A DNA stretch of 64,000 nucleotides from Octopus vulgaris (GCA_951406725.2 OX597823.1:29388001-29452000), one strand, 5' to 3'. Positions 18,836-32,567 are shown, numbered from the stretch's first letter. Translations and numbers: made by a program. The notes: generated by a model not told the origin, from the letters alone.

Positions 18836-18944
18836 CATTATTATTATTATTATTCAGGTCACTGCTTGGAATCAAACTTGGAATCTTGGAGTTAGTAGCC
18901 CCCGCTCTTAACCACAACGCCATATGCCCGTGGACATATGGCGT
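18596..18944 (-). mobile_element. tRNA-headed SINE-like element with internal (AAT)n and hammerhead-bearing tail
   Basis: Minus strand: TGGCGTTGTGG A-box-like, GTTTGATTCC B-box-like, (AAT)n, hammerhead; short inverted duplication of the 5' end at 18917-18944. Confidence 0.65.
18644..18689 (-). ncRNA. Minimal type I hammerhead ribozyme motif
   Basis: GACAC-CTGATGA-A-GGCTG-(10 nt)-CAGCC-GAAA-CG-TT-GTGTT. Confidence 0.75.
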
Positions 18945-18989
18945 AAACACCACAAGGCAGATTTTCAAAGATCGAACAAACCAAATTTT

Positions 18990-19205
18990 TAGGGCTTATA
19001 AATCTAATATTCTCCTATCCTTCCTTAATACCGGTTCCCATATGCTATTCATATCTGCACTCGGTCTGCTTAGGAGGTTGTTGTGTCCTAACATATCTGC
19101 TGCTTCTTTTAGTTTTCGTATTTTCCAGTGGTGTTCTCTGTCTTATTATTTTAACTTCATCCCACAGGGGGAGTTGATCTCCATTTTTCCATACATGAGG
19201 ATATA
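18990..19205 (-). pseudogene. Penelope GIY-YIG C-terminal remnant
   Basis: HVWKNGDQLPLWDEVKII / EHHWKIRKLKEAA...LLSRPSADMNSIWEPVLRK across a frameshift. Confidence 0.65.
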
Positions 19206-19804
19206 GTATTGCCTAAACGGTGTGTTAAAGTATTTTGTATGCACGCGAATTTCCGGTTGTACATCCCCTAACATTTCCATCGATCAAACTTGACAATATA
19301 TATATGGGTCTGTAAAAGTCCTCTTCAAAATGCAATAATGGGCAACATCTGGGTTTAATTTTTTTTTTTAATGGAAGGCTAGTTCATCTGTCCATGCTAC
19401 CGATGCTGTTCAAAGGAAAGGTTAGGTTGCAGCGCATTTAGACGCCAAACATCGTCGCAGAAGAGCTCAGTGGGTAAAAAATGCAGTAAACACCACAAGG
19501 CAGATTTTCAAAGATTGAACAAACCAAACCGACTGATTTACCAGCCTGGTCAGGTCCTTTACCTTTATCGATTTCGGAGGATTAAAGGTAATGGTCATTT
19601 TGGTGCGAACTATGAACGATAAAGTAAAGTAAGAAAAAATGTCGCAAAGAGTTCTGACCAACGATGCCAAGATTTCGACTAGCCTATACAGCGATCTGAA
19701 TGCTGTGTGTGTGTGTGTATGTGTGTGTGTGTGTGTGTATGTGTGTGTGTGTCCGGGCGTTTATATGTATGCATGTTTGTGAGAACATATACATATACAT
19801 ACAC

Positions 19805-19875
<71 letters not shown>

Positions 19876-20662
19876 GAGATAGATAGATAGATAGATAAAT
19901 AGATACATAGATACATAGATAGATTGATAGATACAAAGAGAGGGAGATAGATATACATAAATACATACATACACAGACAGATACCTACATATATGCATAC
20001 ATACACACATGCGCACATGCATGCAAACATACGTACATACTTATCTACATACATACATATCCAAACATACATACATAAATACATACATACATATCCAAAC
20101 ATACATACATACATACATACATACATACATACATACATACATACATACATACATACATACATACTTATATACATATATACATACATATATGTATGCATGT
20201 ACATGAAAATATTAGTATTGCATTTATCAAATCTTATACCTATTATAATGGATGCTTAGTATATGAAATCTAATATTCAACATACATGAAGCATAAAATT
20301 GTATATTCTCATGTTTAAAATCTTACATACTTCAAATTTAAATTTAATGTAAACTTAGTAATGTTTGTATATCTCGAGGATATCGTTATAAACCTTCTCT
20401 TTTCTCTGCTACTTATGGGGTATGTTTTTCAAAACGTTTCCAAGAATTCATTATAATATTACGTAAGCCCCCCCCCCCCAATTTTCAGAATGGAAAAAAA
20501 TACACACCAGGTTGTCCTTCTTTTTATATTATTTTGTTTAATGTATTCGTTACTGAGTGGCTGCATAAGCAGATGTCGAAGCAATTACTATAACCATCCG
20601 TTATTCTTTGAATATCTTTTTTCTCTTTTCAGAGTACCTACGCACACAAATGCACGCACATA

Positions 20663-20780
<118 letters not shown>

Positions 20781-20810
20781 CACACATACATTCATATATA
20801 TATATATAAA

Positions 20811-21006
20811 TGTGACCGCGTGTTGGCGACTTTGTTTCCTCCGTCTTCCCTTCTCTGGATCTTTCCTTTTCCTATGTTTCTGACGAAGAGCTCCGCTCGA
20901 ACGTTAAACCCTCTTCCCTTCCTTCTTGAGCGTCCAATAATACTATATTTGTTCCACGTCCTCGCGTTGTTGTGTTTTCTCTTTGTGTTTTCATGTTTGG
21001 ATTAAC
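20811..21006 (+). mobile_element. Family E repeat with minimal hammerhead at 20876-20909
   Basis: GTTT-CTGACGA-A-GAGC-TCC-GCTC-GAA-CGTT-AAAC (one core A missing); flanked by (TA)n. Confidence 0.65.
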
Positions 21007-21027
21007 TTTATATATATATATATGTAA

Positions 21028-21062
<35 letters not shown>

Positions 21063-21066
<4 letters not shown>

Positions 21067-21725
21067 GTCATCCCGTAAGTTCTGTCCGAATTTTGAATGA
21101 AGATCAAATGTTATATTTAATTGAAACTTAATCGTCAATATACAATGCTTTCCCTGATTATCTATGACTTCCATCTATTTACAAGTTTTTTAATCCCATC
21201 AATGTAAAACTCTTTTGGTTTCAAAGCGAAGAACTCTGAAATGTCAGTTTAGACCTCCTCCTGGCTTGCGAAAGTTATGTCCCTCACCCAAATGATTCTG
21301 TAAACTACGAAACAAATGGTAGTCTGAAGGAGCAAGGTCGGGAGAATAAGGCGGATGAGGAATTGTTTCCCAACCAAGCTCTACGATCTTGTGTGGTGTG
21401 ATCTTTGTAGTGTGGGGTCGCGCATTGTTCTGATGAAACATCACTCCTTTTCAATTCACTAAAGCGGGTCTTTTTACTTCAAAGCTTGGTTCAAACGCTC
21501 GAATTGCTGACTGTAGATTTCAGCATTGATTGTTGCATCAAGTGGTAACAATTCAAAGTGAATTACTCATTTGCAATCCCACCAGATAGAGAAAAGAACT
21601 TTTTTCCATGAAGTTCCCTTCTCGATTGTAGTTGAGCTTTTTTCCTTTTTACCAAGCCACTGTTTTCGACGGTTAACATTTCGATAGAAGATCCATTTTT
21701 CGTCACCAGTTACAAGTCTACCCAA
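21063..21725 (-). mobile_element. Mariner transposon, 3' half, decayed
   Basis: LVTGDEKW, HQNNARPH, HPPYSPDLAPSDYHLF motifs; TTAGGTC... terminus next to (TA)n. Confidence 0.9.
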
Positions 21726-21775
21726 ACACGGTGAAATGAGTTCGTGAGAATGGAGAGAAGAGCAGATATCGATTC

Positions 21776-21887
<112 letters not shown>

Positions 21888-23127
21888 CGAGGGGCGTTCA
21901 ATAAGTAATGCCCCTGACCCACTTGCAGTTGTTTGATCTAGCTGAAATTTTGCATGTGCACTTATTTATACCTCTATAGATTGTGGTTTCTGATTTACAG
22001 GTGTTTGAACTGAGTCAAGTGTGAAATGGAGCCTGTTGAGTGTCGAGCAGTGATCTGGTTTTTGTATTTGAAAGGACGCACACCACGGGAGACTTTTGAT
22101 GAAATGAAAGTTACTTATGGTGATGATGCCCCATCATATGACCTTGTAAAACGCTGGCATTGTGAATTCAAACATAGTCGGAACTCTGTGGAAACAGCTC
22201 CCAGATCTGGTCGTCCCCTTCTGCCGTTGATGAGACGTCTGTCCGTTAAGTTGAGGCTGCCATTTTGGAAGGTCAACGCATAACTATTCGCCAAATAGTC
22301 CATAAGGTCAAGATTAGTACCGGGTCTGTGGAAACTATCATTCATGACCATTTGCATATGCAAAAGGTGTCTGCCAGATGGATTTCCAGGTTGCTCACAC
22401 CTTTCCAGAAGCAAGAACGCGTTGAGTGCTCGTGGATGAATTTGGAGATGTGCCAAGAAGATGAGTCAAAATTTTTCAAAAGACTGATCACACAGGATAA
22501 AACCTGGGTCCATCACTATGATCCATAGACCAAAGCCCAGTCAATGCAGTGAAAGCACCGTGACTCACCTCCTCCAAAGAAGGCAAGGGTGCAGCCCTCC
22601 GTTGACAAGGTTATGCTCACAGGCTTCTGGGACCAGGACGGAGTAGTGATGACAGATTTCCTGGCAAAGGGTACCACAATTACAGGAGCCTATTATGCTT
22701 CACTTTTGAGGAAATTAAGAGAAGCTATCAAAATCAAGAGGCGGGGCAAGATCAGCAAAGGCATCCTCCTCCTGCAGGACAACGCTCCGGTCCACAACTC
22801 GCGTGTCGCCAGATCAGAAGCACAGGCGTGCAGCTATGAACTCCTCCCCTTGCACCCTCTGATTTTCACCTCTTCCCAGCCATGAAGTTGATTTTGAAAG
22901 GAAAGCGTTTCCCAGATGATGCAGCCTTGATTTCTGAAGTCACGTCGTGGTTGGAGGACCAAGCTGGGGTGTTCTAAAAAACGGTCTCCAGAGCTGTATC
23001 AAACGATGGGAGAAATGCATAACTCTGGGTAGTTCCTATGTAGGAAAAGACTAATAACTGTGCCAAGTGTCGTTGCTCTACTGCTATGGGAAGTGGGTCA
23101 GGGGCATTACTTATTGAACGCCCCTCG
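21888..23127 (+). mobile_element. Full-length mariner (1240 bp) with disrupted transposase at ~22026-23054
   Basis: Perfect 37-bp TIR CGAGGGGCGTTCAATAAGTAATGCCCCTGACCCACTT, TA at both ends, motifs ITQDKTWVHHYDP and QDNAPVH; stops and frameshifts. Confidence 0.95.
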
Positions 23128-23136
23128 TAGATAGAT

Positions 23137-23443
23137 AACTTTCTTTATTGGCCCCACAGAGCTGAACACAGAGGGGACAAATACAAATATAGAGCTTTTC
23201 TTTTCGAAAATGAAAAAGAAAAAGAAAAAAAGGGAACAAATGTAAAATTCCGATCTAAAGGGATCGGGGGAAAAAAGCAACCAAAAGTGCTCGGAAAAAA
23301 AAAGCGATCAAAAGGGATCGTGTATCACAGTAAAAAAATTTTAAAGTAAGAAACAAGATTAGGCTTATCCGTGGAAAGAAAAGCCAACAGAAAAGACTAC
23401 GGCAACCTCAGACAAAGAGAAAATAAACACATGAGAACAAAGT

Positions 23444-23500
<57 letters not shown>

Positions 23501-23912
23501 ACGATTTACAGGACCATGCTCAAGGTGGTTTCGTCGCTCGCACGCACCATCTTTGCTACAGTCACCCACCTTTCTTTGAAACTTTCATGAGACAAAACCT
23601 GCCACTCCATTCTCACCTTCCTTTTCAAGTGGTACTTGAAAAAGTTGATGAGCGATTGGCCAGAGAGTGTTTGTCTCTAATCCTTTCGCTTGAGTCCAGC
23701 ATTCTTTCACATTCTTTCACCATGACCACCAGTACAATGAAGACTCTTGCCTTCCCGATTGAGGGAAGGTGGCGGAGCAATTTTCACGATAGACTCGGCC
23801 GACAGACAACAGCCGTTCGGCATAAGCCCACAGGTCCGAAATGGTTGTACACTGCACGAGTGGGTGCAGAACGGTTTCGTCCCTCGTATATGAATAAGAT
23901 TGCATGAAGGAA
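23137..23912 (-). mobile_element. Tx1-type LINE 3' fragment ending in (TCTA)n
   Basis: ETVLHPLVQCTTISDLWAYAERLLS matches ETVLHAFVECPELSGLIAFAEQLLS of the 41-46 kb element; AATAAAGAAAG then GATA-type repeat. Confidence 0.75.
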
Positions 23913-23924
23913 GAAGCGTTTATG

Positions 23925-23955
<31 letters not shown>

Positions 23956-23989
23956 GTATATATATATATATATATATTTATATTATATA

Positions 23990-24267
23990 GAGGGCATTAT
24001 TACACATAAATGCCACACGCTAGGAGGGACTTTCAAAGTCATTACTACCAAAAATAAACGAATCGTACCGAAATACAGCTCTCGAAGCAAGACATTTAGA
24101 AACTGAATTTAGTTCCAGATCACCTGTGATTTCGCAATTAACGTATTATCTACGTCTTTTGTTCATCACTAAAAGATATTCAGAACACATCAAAAATAAA
24201 CAAAACCAATATACCTAGCATGTTTCTTGTTAAGATTTCTTATTAAGATTTTATCCTTAATTGTTAA

Positions 24268-24270
<3 letters not shown>
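23990..24270 (-). mobile_element. Penelope-like repeat (family F) with mutated hammerhead at 24113-24174
   Basis: Homologous to ~40030-40230; GTGATGA...GAAA-TCACAGGTGA-TC. Confidence 0.6.
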
Positions 24271-24357
<87 letters not shown>

Positions 24358-24359
<2 letters not shown>

Positions 24360-24555
24360 AATCCAAAAAGAGAAGAACAATCACAAAAAAAGTACAAAAC
24401 GCGAGGACGTGAAACATCTAAAGTATAAGCAGACGTTCGGGGAACGGAAAAAAGATGGTTTAACGTTTCGAGCAACGCTCTTATTCAGAAACAGAGGAAT
24501 GTCCAATAGAAAGGAAGAAGGGGGGAGGAGAAAATCGCCAACGGTTCACATGTGG
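24358..24555 (-). mobile_element. Family E repeat with mutated hammerhead at 24458-24492
   Basis: GTTT-CTGAATA-A-GAGC-GTT-GCTC-GAAA-CGTT-AAAC. Confidence 0.6.
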
Positions 24556-24718
24556 TATTTAAAACAGTTTTATTCGGATTCCTGCGACTTAAAGTTTCGC
24601 AGGCTCCCAGCAGAAGCCCATCTCAGGTTTCGGTAACCTAAGCCTGAAATAGAAGGGTTTCTGTTACAGGCCCGCAAACCTTTAAGTCGCATGGAACCGA
24701 ATCAAACTGTTTTAAATA
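24556..24718. mobile_element. Palindromic MITE-like element
   Basis: Near end-to-end inverted repeat TATTTAAAACAGTTT...GCGACTTAAAG / CTTTAAGTCGC...AAACTGTTTTAAATA. Confidence 0.7.
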
Positions 24719-24754
24719 ATACATGTGTGTATATATATATAATACATGTGTATA

Positions 24755-24786
<32 letters not shown>

Positions 24787-24961
24787 GGCGCAGGAGTGGG
24801 GCTGTGTGGTAAGTAGCTTGCTTACCAACCACATGGTTCCGCGTTCAGCCCCACTGCGAGGCACTTTGGGCAAGTGTCTTCTACTATAGCATCGGCTCGA
24901 CAAAAGCCTCGTGAGTGGATTTGGTAGATGGAAACTGAAAGAATCCTGTCGTATATATGTG

Positions 24962-25005
<44 letters not shown>

Positions 25006-25190
25006 TTTGTGTGTCTGTGTTTGTCCCCCACCATCTCTTGATAACCGATGCTGGTGTGTTTATGTCCCCATAACTTAGCGGTTCGGCAAAGGCTTACAAA
25101 GAATAAGTCCGTGGAGTCGATTTGCTTGACTAAAGGCAATGCTCCAACAAGGCCGCAGTCAAATGACTGAAACAAGTAAAAGAAAAGAAT
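24787..25190 (+). mobile_element. SINE family A
   Basis: Copy with a small internal deletion. Confidence 0.85.
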
Positions 25191-26189
25191 ATATATATAA
25201 AGCTAATAATTTCTGTTTTACATGCGTGTATAAATCTTAATTTCAATTAATGCTTGAATTTTTTCTCATTTCAAAAACAAAGAAATTATAAAATAGAGTT
25301 TAGGTCAAATTTGCAATAATTTGTTTCTTTTTTGTAGTTTGTTTTTCTTAGTGTGTTTTTTTTTTCTGTTTGCTTTTTTCTACAAAATTTTTTTTTTTTT
25401 TTTCGTAATCTTATTTCATTGATTTACAATTGCGGTTTAAGAAAGAAACGAAAAACAGCTTTATCTAATATTTTATTCTAAATCTCTTTTTGAATCAGAA
25501 CAAAATTATTCTTTTAATGTAAAATACCATATTTTCTTCATTTCTTTTTTTTTTTTTTTCGTAGCATTTGTGAAAGACATCATGGCAGGAAAAATATCAT
25601 TAGATGTACATAATTACTCTTGTCAATCAAGAGAAGAGAAAATAAAATTGAAAGAATACAATTAATGAATAAATACAAATTAAATAAATAAAAACATTTT
25701 CTTAGCAATCTTTGACATATGTCACATATATTGCAATGAAAACATTTCATTTGAAATGATCGATTATTTTGGCGTTTATGATCGTTTGTTGATGTTGTTG
25801 TTGTTGTTGTTGTTGTTGTAGTAATTATTGTTGTTTTTATAACCGTGTTGATCTTAGTTTAGTAGGATTTCTTTTCTTTTTTTTTGTTCATGTTTGACTT
25901 TCGTTTTATTATATTTACGTTTCGTTTAAATGTAAATTACGAAATGAGGTTAAATAATAATAATAATAATAATAATAATTGTTAATTCTGGTTTTATTGG
26001 CCACAAGGACTAAATATAATGATAATAATAATAATAATGTAAACTCACAATATTAATCGCAATCCTCCTTTCTGAATTGGCCTCAAGGGTCCATCTTTAG
26101 AAAACAAAATGTATCGTACATAGGGCTTTAAAAATGTGTAGGTGTACAAATAGATAGTTAGATAGATAGATAGATACTGTGTATGTATG

Positions 26190-26244
<55 letters not shown>

Positions 26245-26560
26245 ATAAGGACGCTCTTCGGTCATGAATGACCATGGGATTGCACCTAGAAAGTTCCCCT
26301 CCGAGGCACACCTCGGGGCAAGGTTGTTTATGGAAGACCAGCAGTCACCCATGCGTATCATCTTACCCTCTCCATGCCACCAGTGTTATCCAAGGGAAAG
26401 GCAAAGGGGTCGATACAGCTTGGCACCAGTGATATCGTAATTCATTTCTACAGCTGAGTGATCTGGAGCAACGTGAAATAAAGTGTCTTGCTCAAGAACT
26501 CAACACACAGTGCGGTCTGCGAATCGAACTCACTACCTCACGATTGCAAGCTCGACGCGC
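26245..26560 (-). mobile_element. tRNA-derived SINE, family C
   Basis: Reverse complement of 36266-36585. Confidence 0.8.
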
Positions 26561-26728
26561 TGATTTTAAATTACTTAAAACACGTTTATGACACATTCCA
26601 ACTTCTAAAGACACACACGCACATACATACATACACACATACATATATATGTGTATAGCACCAAAGACACACTTCTATTTGTTGTTTTCCCTCCATTTTT
26701 TACCGTCTATATATATGTATACACACAC

Positions 26729-26776
<48 letters not shown>

Positions 26777-26987
26777 TTTTTGGATTTGGTTTGAAAGATT
26801 CTTTATACGAGTTCGTGTGTTGAAGCATATTCTGTTGTGTCTGGGGGGGAGTCATTCTCTTTTAGTGCCTTATTATTTAACACACTCACCGGTAAAATTT
26901 CCACTTCTTTCTTTTTTTTTTCTAAAATGTTCGTTGCGTGTTGCAACCTTTTCAATAGTCTTGAATTGACTTTCCCCAGACACAACA

Positions 26988-27048
<61 letters not shown>

Positions 27049-27062
27049 AACGCACGCACACG

Positions 27063-27160
<98 letters not shown>

Positions 27161-27162
27161 AG

Positions 27163-27435
27163 GGAGTATTGGCTACTTTCCTGAAACCCATACTCTCCAC
27201 CTTTCCTGGACACGTCAAGAACTCTGACGAAATCATCAAAAGACTGCGCCAACTGCTCCCAGGCCAACTCAAACAAAACAGATATGGCCTTACTCTTGAC
27301 GTTGTCTCAATGTTCATAACGGTACCAGCACACTCGACGGTCAGTCTATTGACTGACTGCATAGTAGCGTCCAACATCCACTGCTTCTGACTCACTGCAG
27401 CTGATATGCATCAACTATTGTCCATCATCTGTCTT
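27163..27435 (+). pseudogene. Penelope-type reverse transcriptase fragment
   Basis: LKPIL...HVKNSDEII...[12 protein letters not shown]. Confidence 0.75.
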
Positions 27436-27604
27436 ACACCTTTCACACATTTTACATAAGCGAGAGATTTTTCTCTCCAATGTAACTGCAGTGAATTTGT
27501 TTTTCCGATGTTGAAATACGTCACAAAACCGACCTAATGTTCGATTATGCCAAAACACTGCTACATTGCTTCACTCTGATATTGCTGAATAAATACATGT
27601 CTAA

Positions 27605-28270
27605 GGCGTGGAGCTGGCAGAAACGTTAACACGCCGGGCGAAATGCTTAGCGGTATTTCGTCTGCCGTTACGTTCTGAGTTCAAATTCCGCCGAGGTCGA
27701 CTTTGCCTTTCATCCTTTCGGGGTCGATAAATTAAGTACCAGTTACGCACTGGGGTCGATATAATCGACTTAATCCGTTTGTCTGTCCTTATTCGTCCCC
27801 TCTGTGTTTAGGCCCTTTTGGGTAGTAAAGAAATAGGTATTTTGTCTGTCTTTACGTTCTGAGTTCAAATTCCGCCGAGGTTGACTTTGCCTTTCATCCT
27901 TTCGGGGTCTATTAAATAAGTACCAGCGACGCACTGGGGTTGATATAATCGAATTAATCCGTTTGTCTGTCCTTGTTTGTCCTCTCTATATTTAGCTCCT
28001 TGTGGGTAGTAAAGAAATAGGTATTTCGTCTGCCGCTACGTTCTGAGTTCAAATTCCGCCGAGGTCGACTTTGCCTTTACGTTCTGAGTTCAAATTCCGC
28101 CGAGGTCGACTTTGCCTTTACGTTCTGAGTTCAAATTCCGCCGAGGTCGACTTTGCCTTTCATCCTTTCGGAGTCGATGAATTAAGTACCAGTTGCGTAC
28201 TGGGGTCGATCTAATCAACTGGCTTCCCTCCCCACCAAAGTTTGGGCTTTTGTGCCTAGAGTAGAAAGGA
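27605..28270 (+). mobile_element. Multimeric SINE family B with internal tandem duplications
   Basis: ~185-bp body repeated, plus a 40-bp B-box unit repeated three times at ~28038-28159. Confidence 0.8.
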
Positions 28271-28878
28271 TTAACAGAGCTTCCCTCTCGGGTATTTTCT
28301 CTCAGCCAGATTGATGTAAAGCCTTATTTCCTACATACGACACTATACATATAATGTGCTAATAACAACCATTACAATGTCACACAAAATTAGTTCTGTC
28401 ATTGATCATTGTTTAGTTACTTGCATACCCGTGTCGTCAAAAGTGCCGATACTTCAATTGATGATACAAAATGGCGCATCAAAGCATTGAGAGAAAGCAT
28501 TTATAAATGTCAGCAATCGAGTAAATTGAAGCTCTTGAAAAGATACAGCTGTAATGTCTCGGTTGAAAATATTATCTCCTACGCAATACATACATATATA
28601 TATATATATATGTGTGTGTTTGTGTGTGTGTCTGTATGTATGTATATATATATATATATGTACGTACGTATGTATGTATGTATGTATGTATGTATGTATG
28701 TATGTATGTATGTATGTATGTATGTATATAATTAATACCCAAAACGGAGGAAAAACACAAGAAAAACACAACAACGCGAGGACTTGGTACTTGCAAAGTA
28801 TTAATAACACGAAAGGGAAACGGAAGACGGAGGAAAAAAGTCGACAACAATCTACATGTAGTTACATTTTGGAATGTC

Positions 28879-28931
<53 letters not shown>

Positions 28932-29100
28932 GCACTGGCGTGGGTGTGTGATAAGAAGCTTGAAGCTTGCTTCCTAACCAAATGGTTCTTGATTCGGTCC
29001 CACTGCGTGATACCTTGTCCAGATATCTTCTACTATGCCCCCAAGCCGACAAAAGCTTTGTGAGCGGATTTGGTAGCCAGAAACTGAAAGACACCGGGCG

Positions 29101-29198
<98 letters not shown>

Positions 29199-29238
29199 CG
29201 TTTGTATGCGTGTGTGTGTGTGTGTGTGTGTGTATTAA

Positions 29239-29462
29239 CCCATTAAGTCCCAGAGTACTTAAATTTCTGAATATTACTTAAAAATTTTTACAGATGATTG
29301 AAAATAGGTCAAAACGAAAAAAAACAATTATCAAAACTCCTTTACTTCAAGTAGAAATGGAAATACTCGGTGTCCTATAAATAGGACACTGAGACAATGT
29401 GATATAGCTTATTTGATGTTCTCATTTAGTGTCCTATTTACAGGACAGTGGAACTTCATGGG
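29239..29462. mobile_element. piggyBac-type MITE
   Basis: TTAA on both sides; TIRs CCCATTAAGTCCCA / CCCATGAAGTTCCA. Confidence 0.75.
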
Positions 29463-29508
29463 TTAAATTCATATCATCCAACATTTTTAAATACATTTGT
29501 TTTGAACT

Positions 29509-29571
<63 letters not shown>

Positions 29572-29589
29572 CTCTGTCTCTCTCTCTCC

Positions 29590-29620
<31 letters not shown>

Positions 29621-30303
29621 GCACATCTTTTTGGCTGTGATGGAGATCCGTATGTAATCTTAAACAGTAGAATTCCCTAAAGCTGTTTGAATGTAATGCC
29701 ATTTTGTGTATATTATTAGGTCAGGTCTTCTGACGTTATAATTAAAAAGATGGAGATCAAGACGAAGGTGTGATTTTATCACCTTCAAGAACAAAATCAG
29801 ATAGAACGAGATCCGCTTAGTTTCCATTAGAATATAGAACATAATGGGAGAATTCTACTGATGTCTCCTATGACACACTTTATAAAATAACGTACACCAC
29901 ATGCGTGTCGGCAGACATACACAAAGAACACACGCACGCACACACGCACATACATAGATGCTTATATATAGAGAGAGAGACACACACACACACGTACATA
30001 CATACATAGATTCATACATACATACGTAAGTAGGTGCAAATGCAGTGTACTTATATATATGTATGCATGTATGCATGCATATATATACACATACATACAT
30101 TCATACATACGTACATACGTACGTTTGTATATACATACATATACGCATACATGCATGCATACATGCCTGCATACATACATACATGCATGCATACATACAT
30201 ACATACAGGCATACATGGATACATACATATATACATACATACATGTTCACATACATACCTACATACACACATACATACATACATACATACATACATACAT
30301 ACA

Positions 30304-30334
<31 letters not shown>

Positions 30335-30792
30335 GTAGTTTAGGTGATATACACACAAGTGTAATACACACGCAGAAAAAGTAAGCCCTAAATGAGAATA
30401 AAGGGGCCCTTTGCCAAGTTGAGGAACCGAACCAGATGTAGCATCTAGTTTCCCATTTTGCAAGAGCAGGACAACCCAAGACTCTTATCCCTTTTACTAA
30501 AATGGTTTTCTTTAATATTGTATCGCAAAATTCAGATACTTTGTAAGGGACTTCTAGACCCCTAATTACCTTTTCTTTGGGTTCGGTATGTTTTTTTCGA
30601 CCTATTCTGTTCTAGGCAGAACAGCATTCAGTGTTGAAATGAAAGTCATATATATATTCAGGTCATGTTTAAATTATGACGTACAACTTTAGGACTATAT
30701 AGAGTTGCCTACCTAACTATAGCTGTAATGGATGCGATGTTATGGTAGGTCGTTTCTCCTTTGGAATTTTATAAAACTGTAATAAAAATTGA

Positions 30793-31120
30793 AGACCGTC
30801 TTCGATCATAAATGACCATGAGATTGCACCTAGGAAGTTCCCCTCCGAAGTACAAGTCCGGGCAAAGTTGTTTATGGAAGACCAGCAGTCGCCCATGCAT
30901 ACCAGCTTCCTTTCTCCATGCCACCGATGTTGTCTAATGGAAAGGCAAAGGGGTCGATACAACATGGCACCAGTGACGTCGCAACTCATTTCTACTGATG
31001 AGTGAGCTGGAACAACGTGAAATAAAGTGTCTTGCTCAAGAACACAACACACAGCCTGATCTGGGAATCGAACTCATGGTTGTGAGCCTGATGCTATAGC
31101 CACTAAATGATGCACCTTCT
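30793..31120 (-). mobile_element. SINE family C
   Basis: Reverse complement of 36266-36585. Confidence 0.8.
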
Positions 31121-31446
31121 CAAATTTAACATATTATCGATCTATATATGTTACAAGAGGAACTCGAACTATACCTCGCCGCATTGCGCCTCACTGCTCT
31201 TTAATACATTACACAAGACAGAGTATGTAACAACCCACACGACAATCACCATCGCCATCACTCCCATCGCCACCATTTAAAACAGGAAAACACTGTAAAC
31301 ACTGCCGTGCAAGATATAAAAAAAACCGCCATCTCCACCACCACCACCACCATACGAGTTTTTTTTTATAAATACTAAATCATATCAATCAACGATATTG
31401 TTTGTTTACCGATCAGTATAGATAATAAGCAGCACTTCGCAGCGAG

Positions 31447-31528
31447 GTCGTCGTGGCCGAGTGGTTAAGGCGATGGACTAGAAATCCATTGGGGTCTCCC
31501 CGCATAGGTTCGAATCCTATCGGCGACG
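31447..31528 (+). tRNA. tRNA-Ser(AGA)
   Basis: 82-nt cloverleaf, acceptor GTCGTCG/CGGCGAC, loop CTAGAAA, long variable arm, G discriminator, downstream T-tract. Confidence 0.97.
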
Positions 31529-32182
31529 TTAGTTTTTTTTTTTTCTTTCTTTTTAATGGAGTGGGGAAACATTTTTCCCCTTATTTTCGTGAACATATAA
31601 GAAGACATCTACATAAAATTATGAGTTACCGTGTTTATTTCCGCCAATTTATAGTTCAAATTATTGGACGCAGTTTTATAGAATTATAGTAGTGTTAATA
31701 GACCATATGTATATTCTTTTCTACTCGAGGCACAAGGCCCAAATTTTTGGTGGAGAGGGCCAGTCGATTAGATCGATCCCAGTACGCAACTGGTACTTAA
31801 TTTATGGTGGTGTTGCTATTTAGAGACAGTGTTGATGATGACGATGATCGAGATAAGTATGGGAGGAGGATAAAATAGTATCGGTGGTTATAATGGCGAC
31901 AGGAGCAGTGTGATGTGTGATGCTGAGGTGATGGTGGTCATAGTGGTGTTGATGATAGTATTAGTTGTGTGATAGTGGTATTGCAGTGGTTATACTGGTT
32001 GTGGTGGTGAAAGAGACTGTCAAGGTAACCATCAGGATAACATTGATGGCGGTGTTTGTGGTTGACGTGGAAGCAGTGACAATGCTGCTGATGATATTGG
32101 TGGTTGTGAACTGCTTCAGATGATTCCTGTTTTTAAAGGGGGCTTTTTTTCTTAAAATCATAAGGCTGTATTATTATTTTTT

Positions 32183-32308
32183 TAACCCTGCCAAGGAGGT
32201 TATGTTTTTGCCGGCGTTGGTTTGAGAAATTGGGCGATTTTCAACATGTATGTATATGGGTGGAAATGAGCTTGGCTGAGATCTACGCTCTCCGAGTGCT
32301 TTTCTAGT
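32183..32308 (+). mobile_element. Small Helentron/DINE-like non-autonomous element (second copy ~33265-33390)
   Basis: GCCAAG...CTTGGC subterminal inverted repeat, GCTCTCCGAGTGC hairpin-like motif, CTAG-T end, T-tract insertion site. Confidence 0.55.
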
Positions 32309-32567
32309 TTTATAATGTGTTTTGTGCTCCATGTAATTATAGATGGCTACAGCAGGAATGCCTATCATCATGTGTTTGTTCTATCTTGGTTAACTCGGGA
32401 GTTAAACAACAGCCTCATAGTCTTTAATCACAACCACCGCTATTAGCGTCCACTAAACTAATATCCCCCACCACCACTATGCCTAACAATGATAACACAT
32501 CAATTAACACTATAGATAATGGTCTTTTTATCTGTTAGTAGATATATGAAAAGCGGCTAGTTCATCA

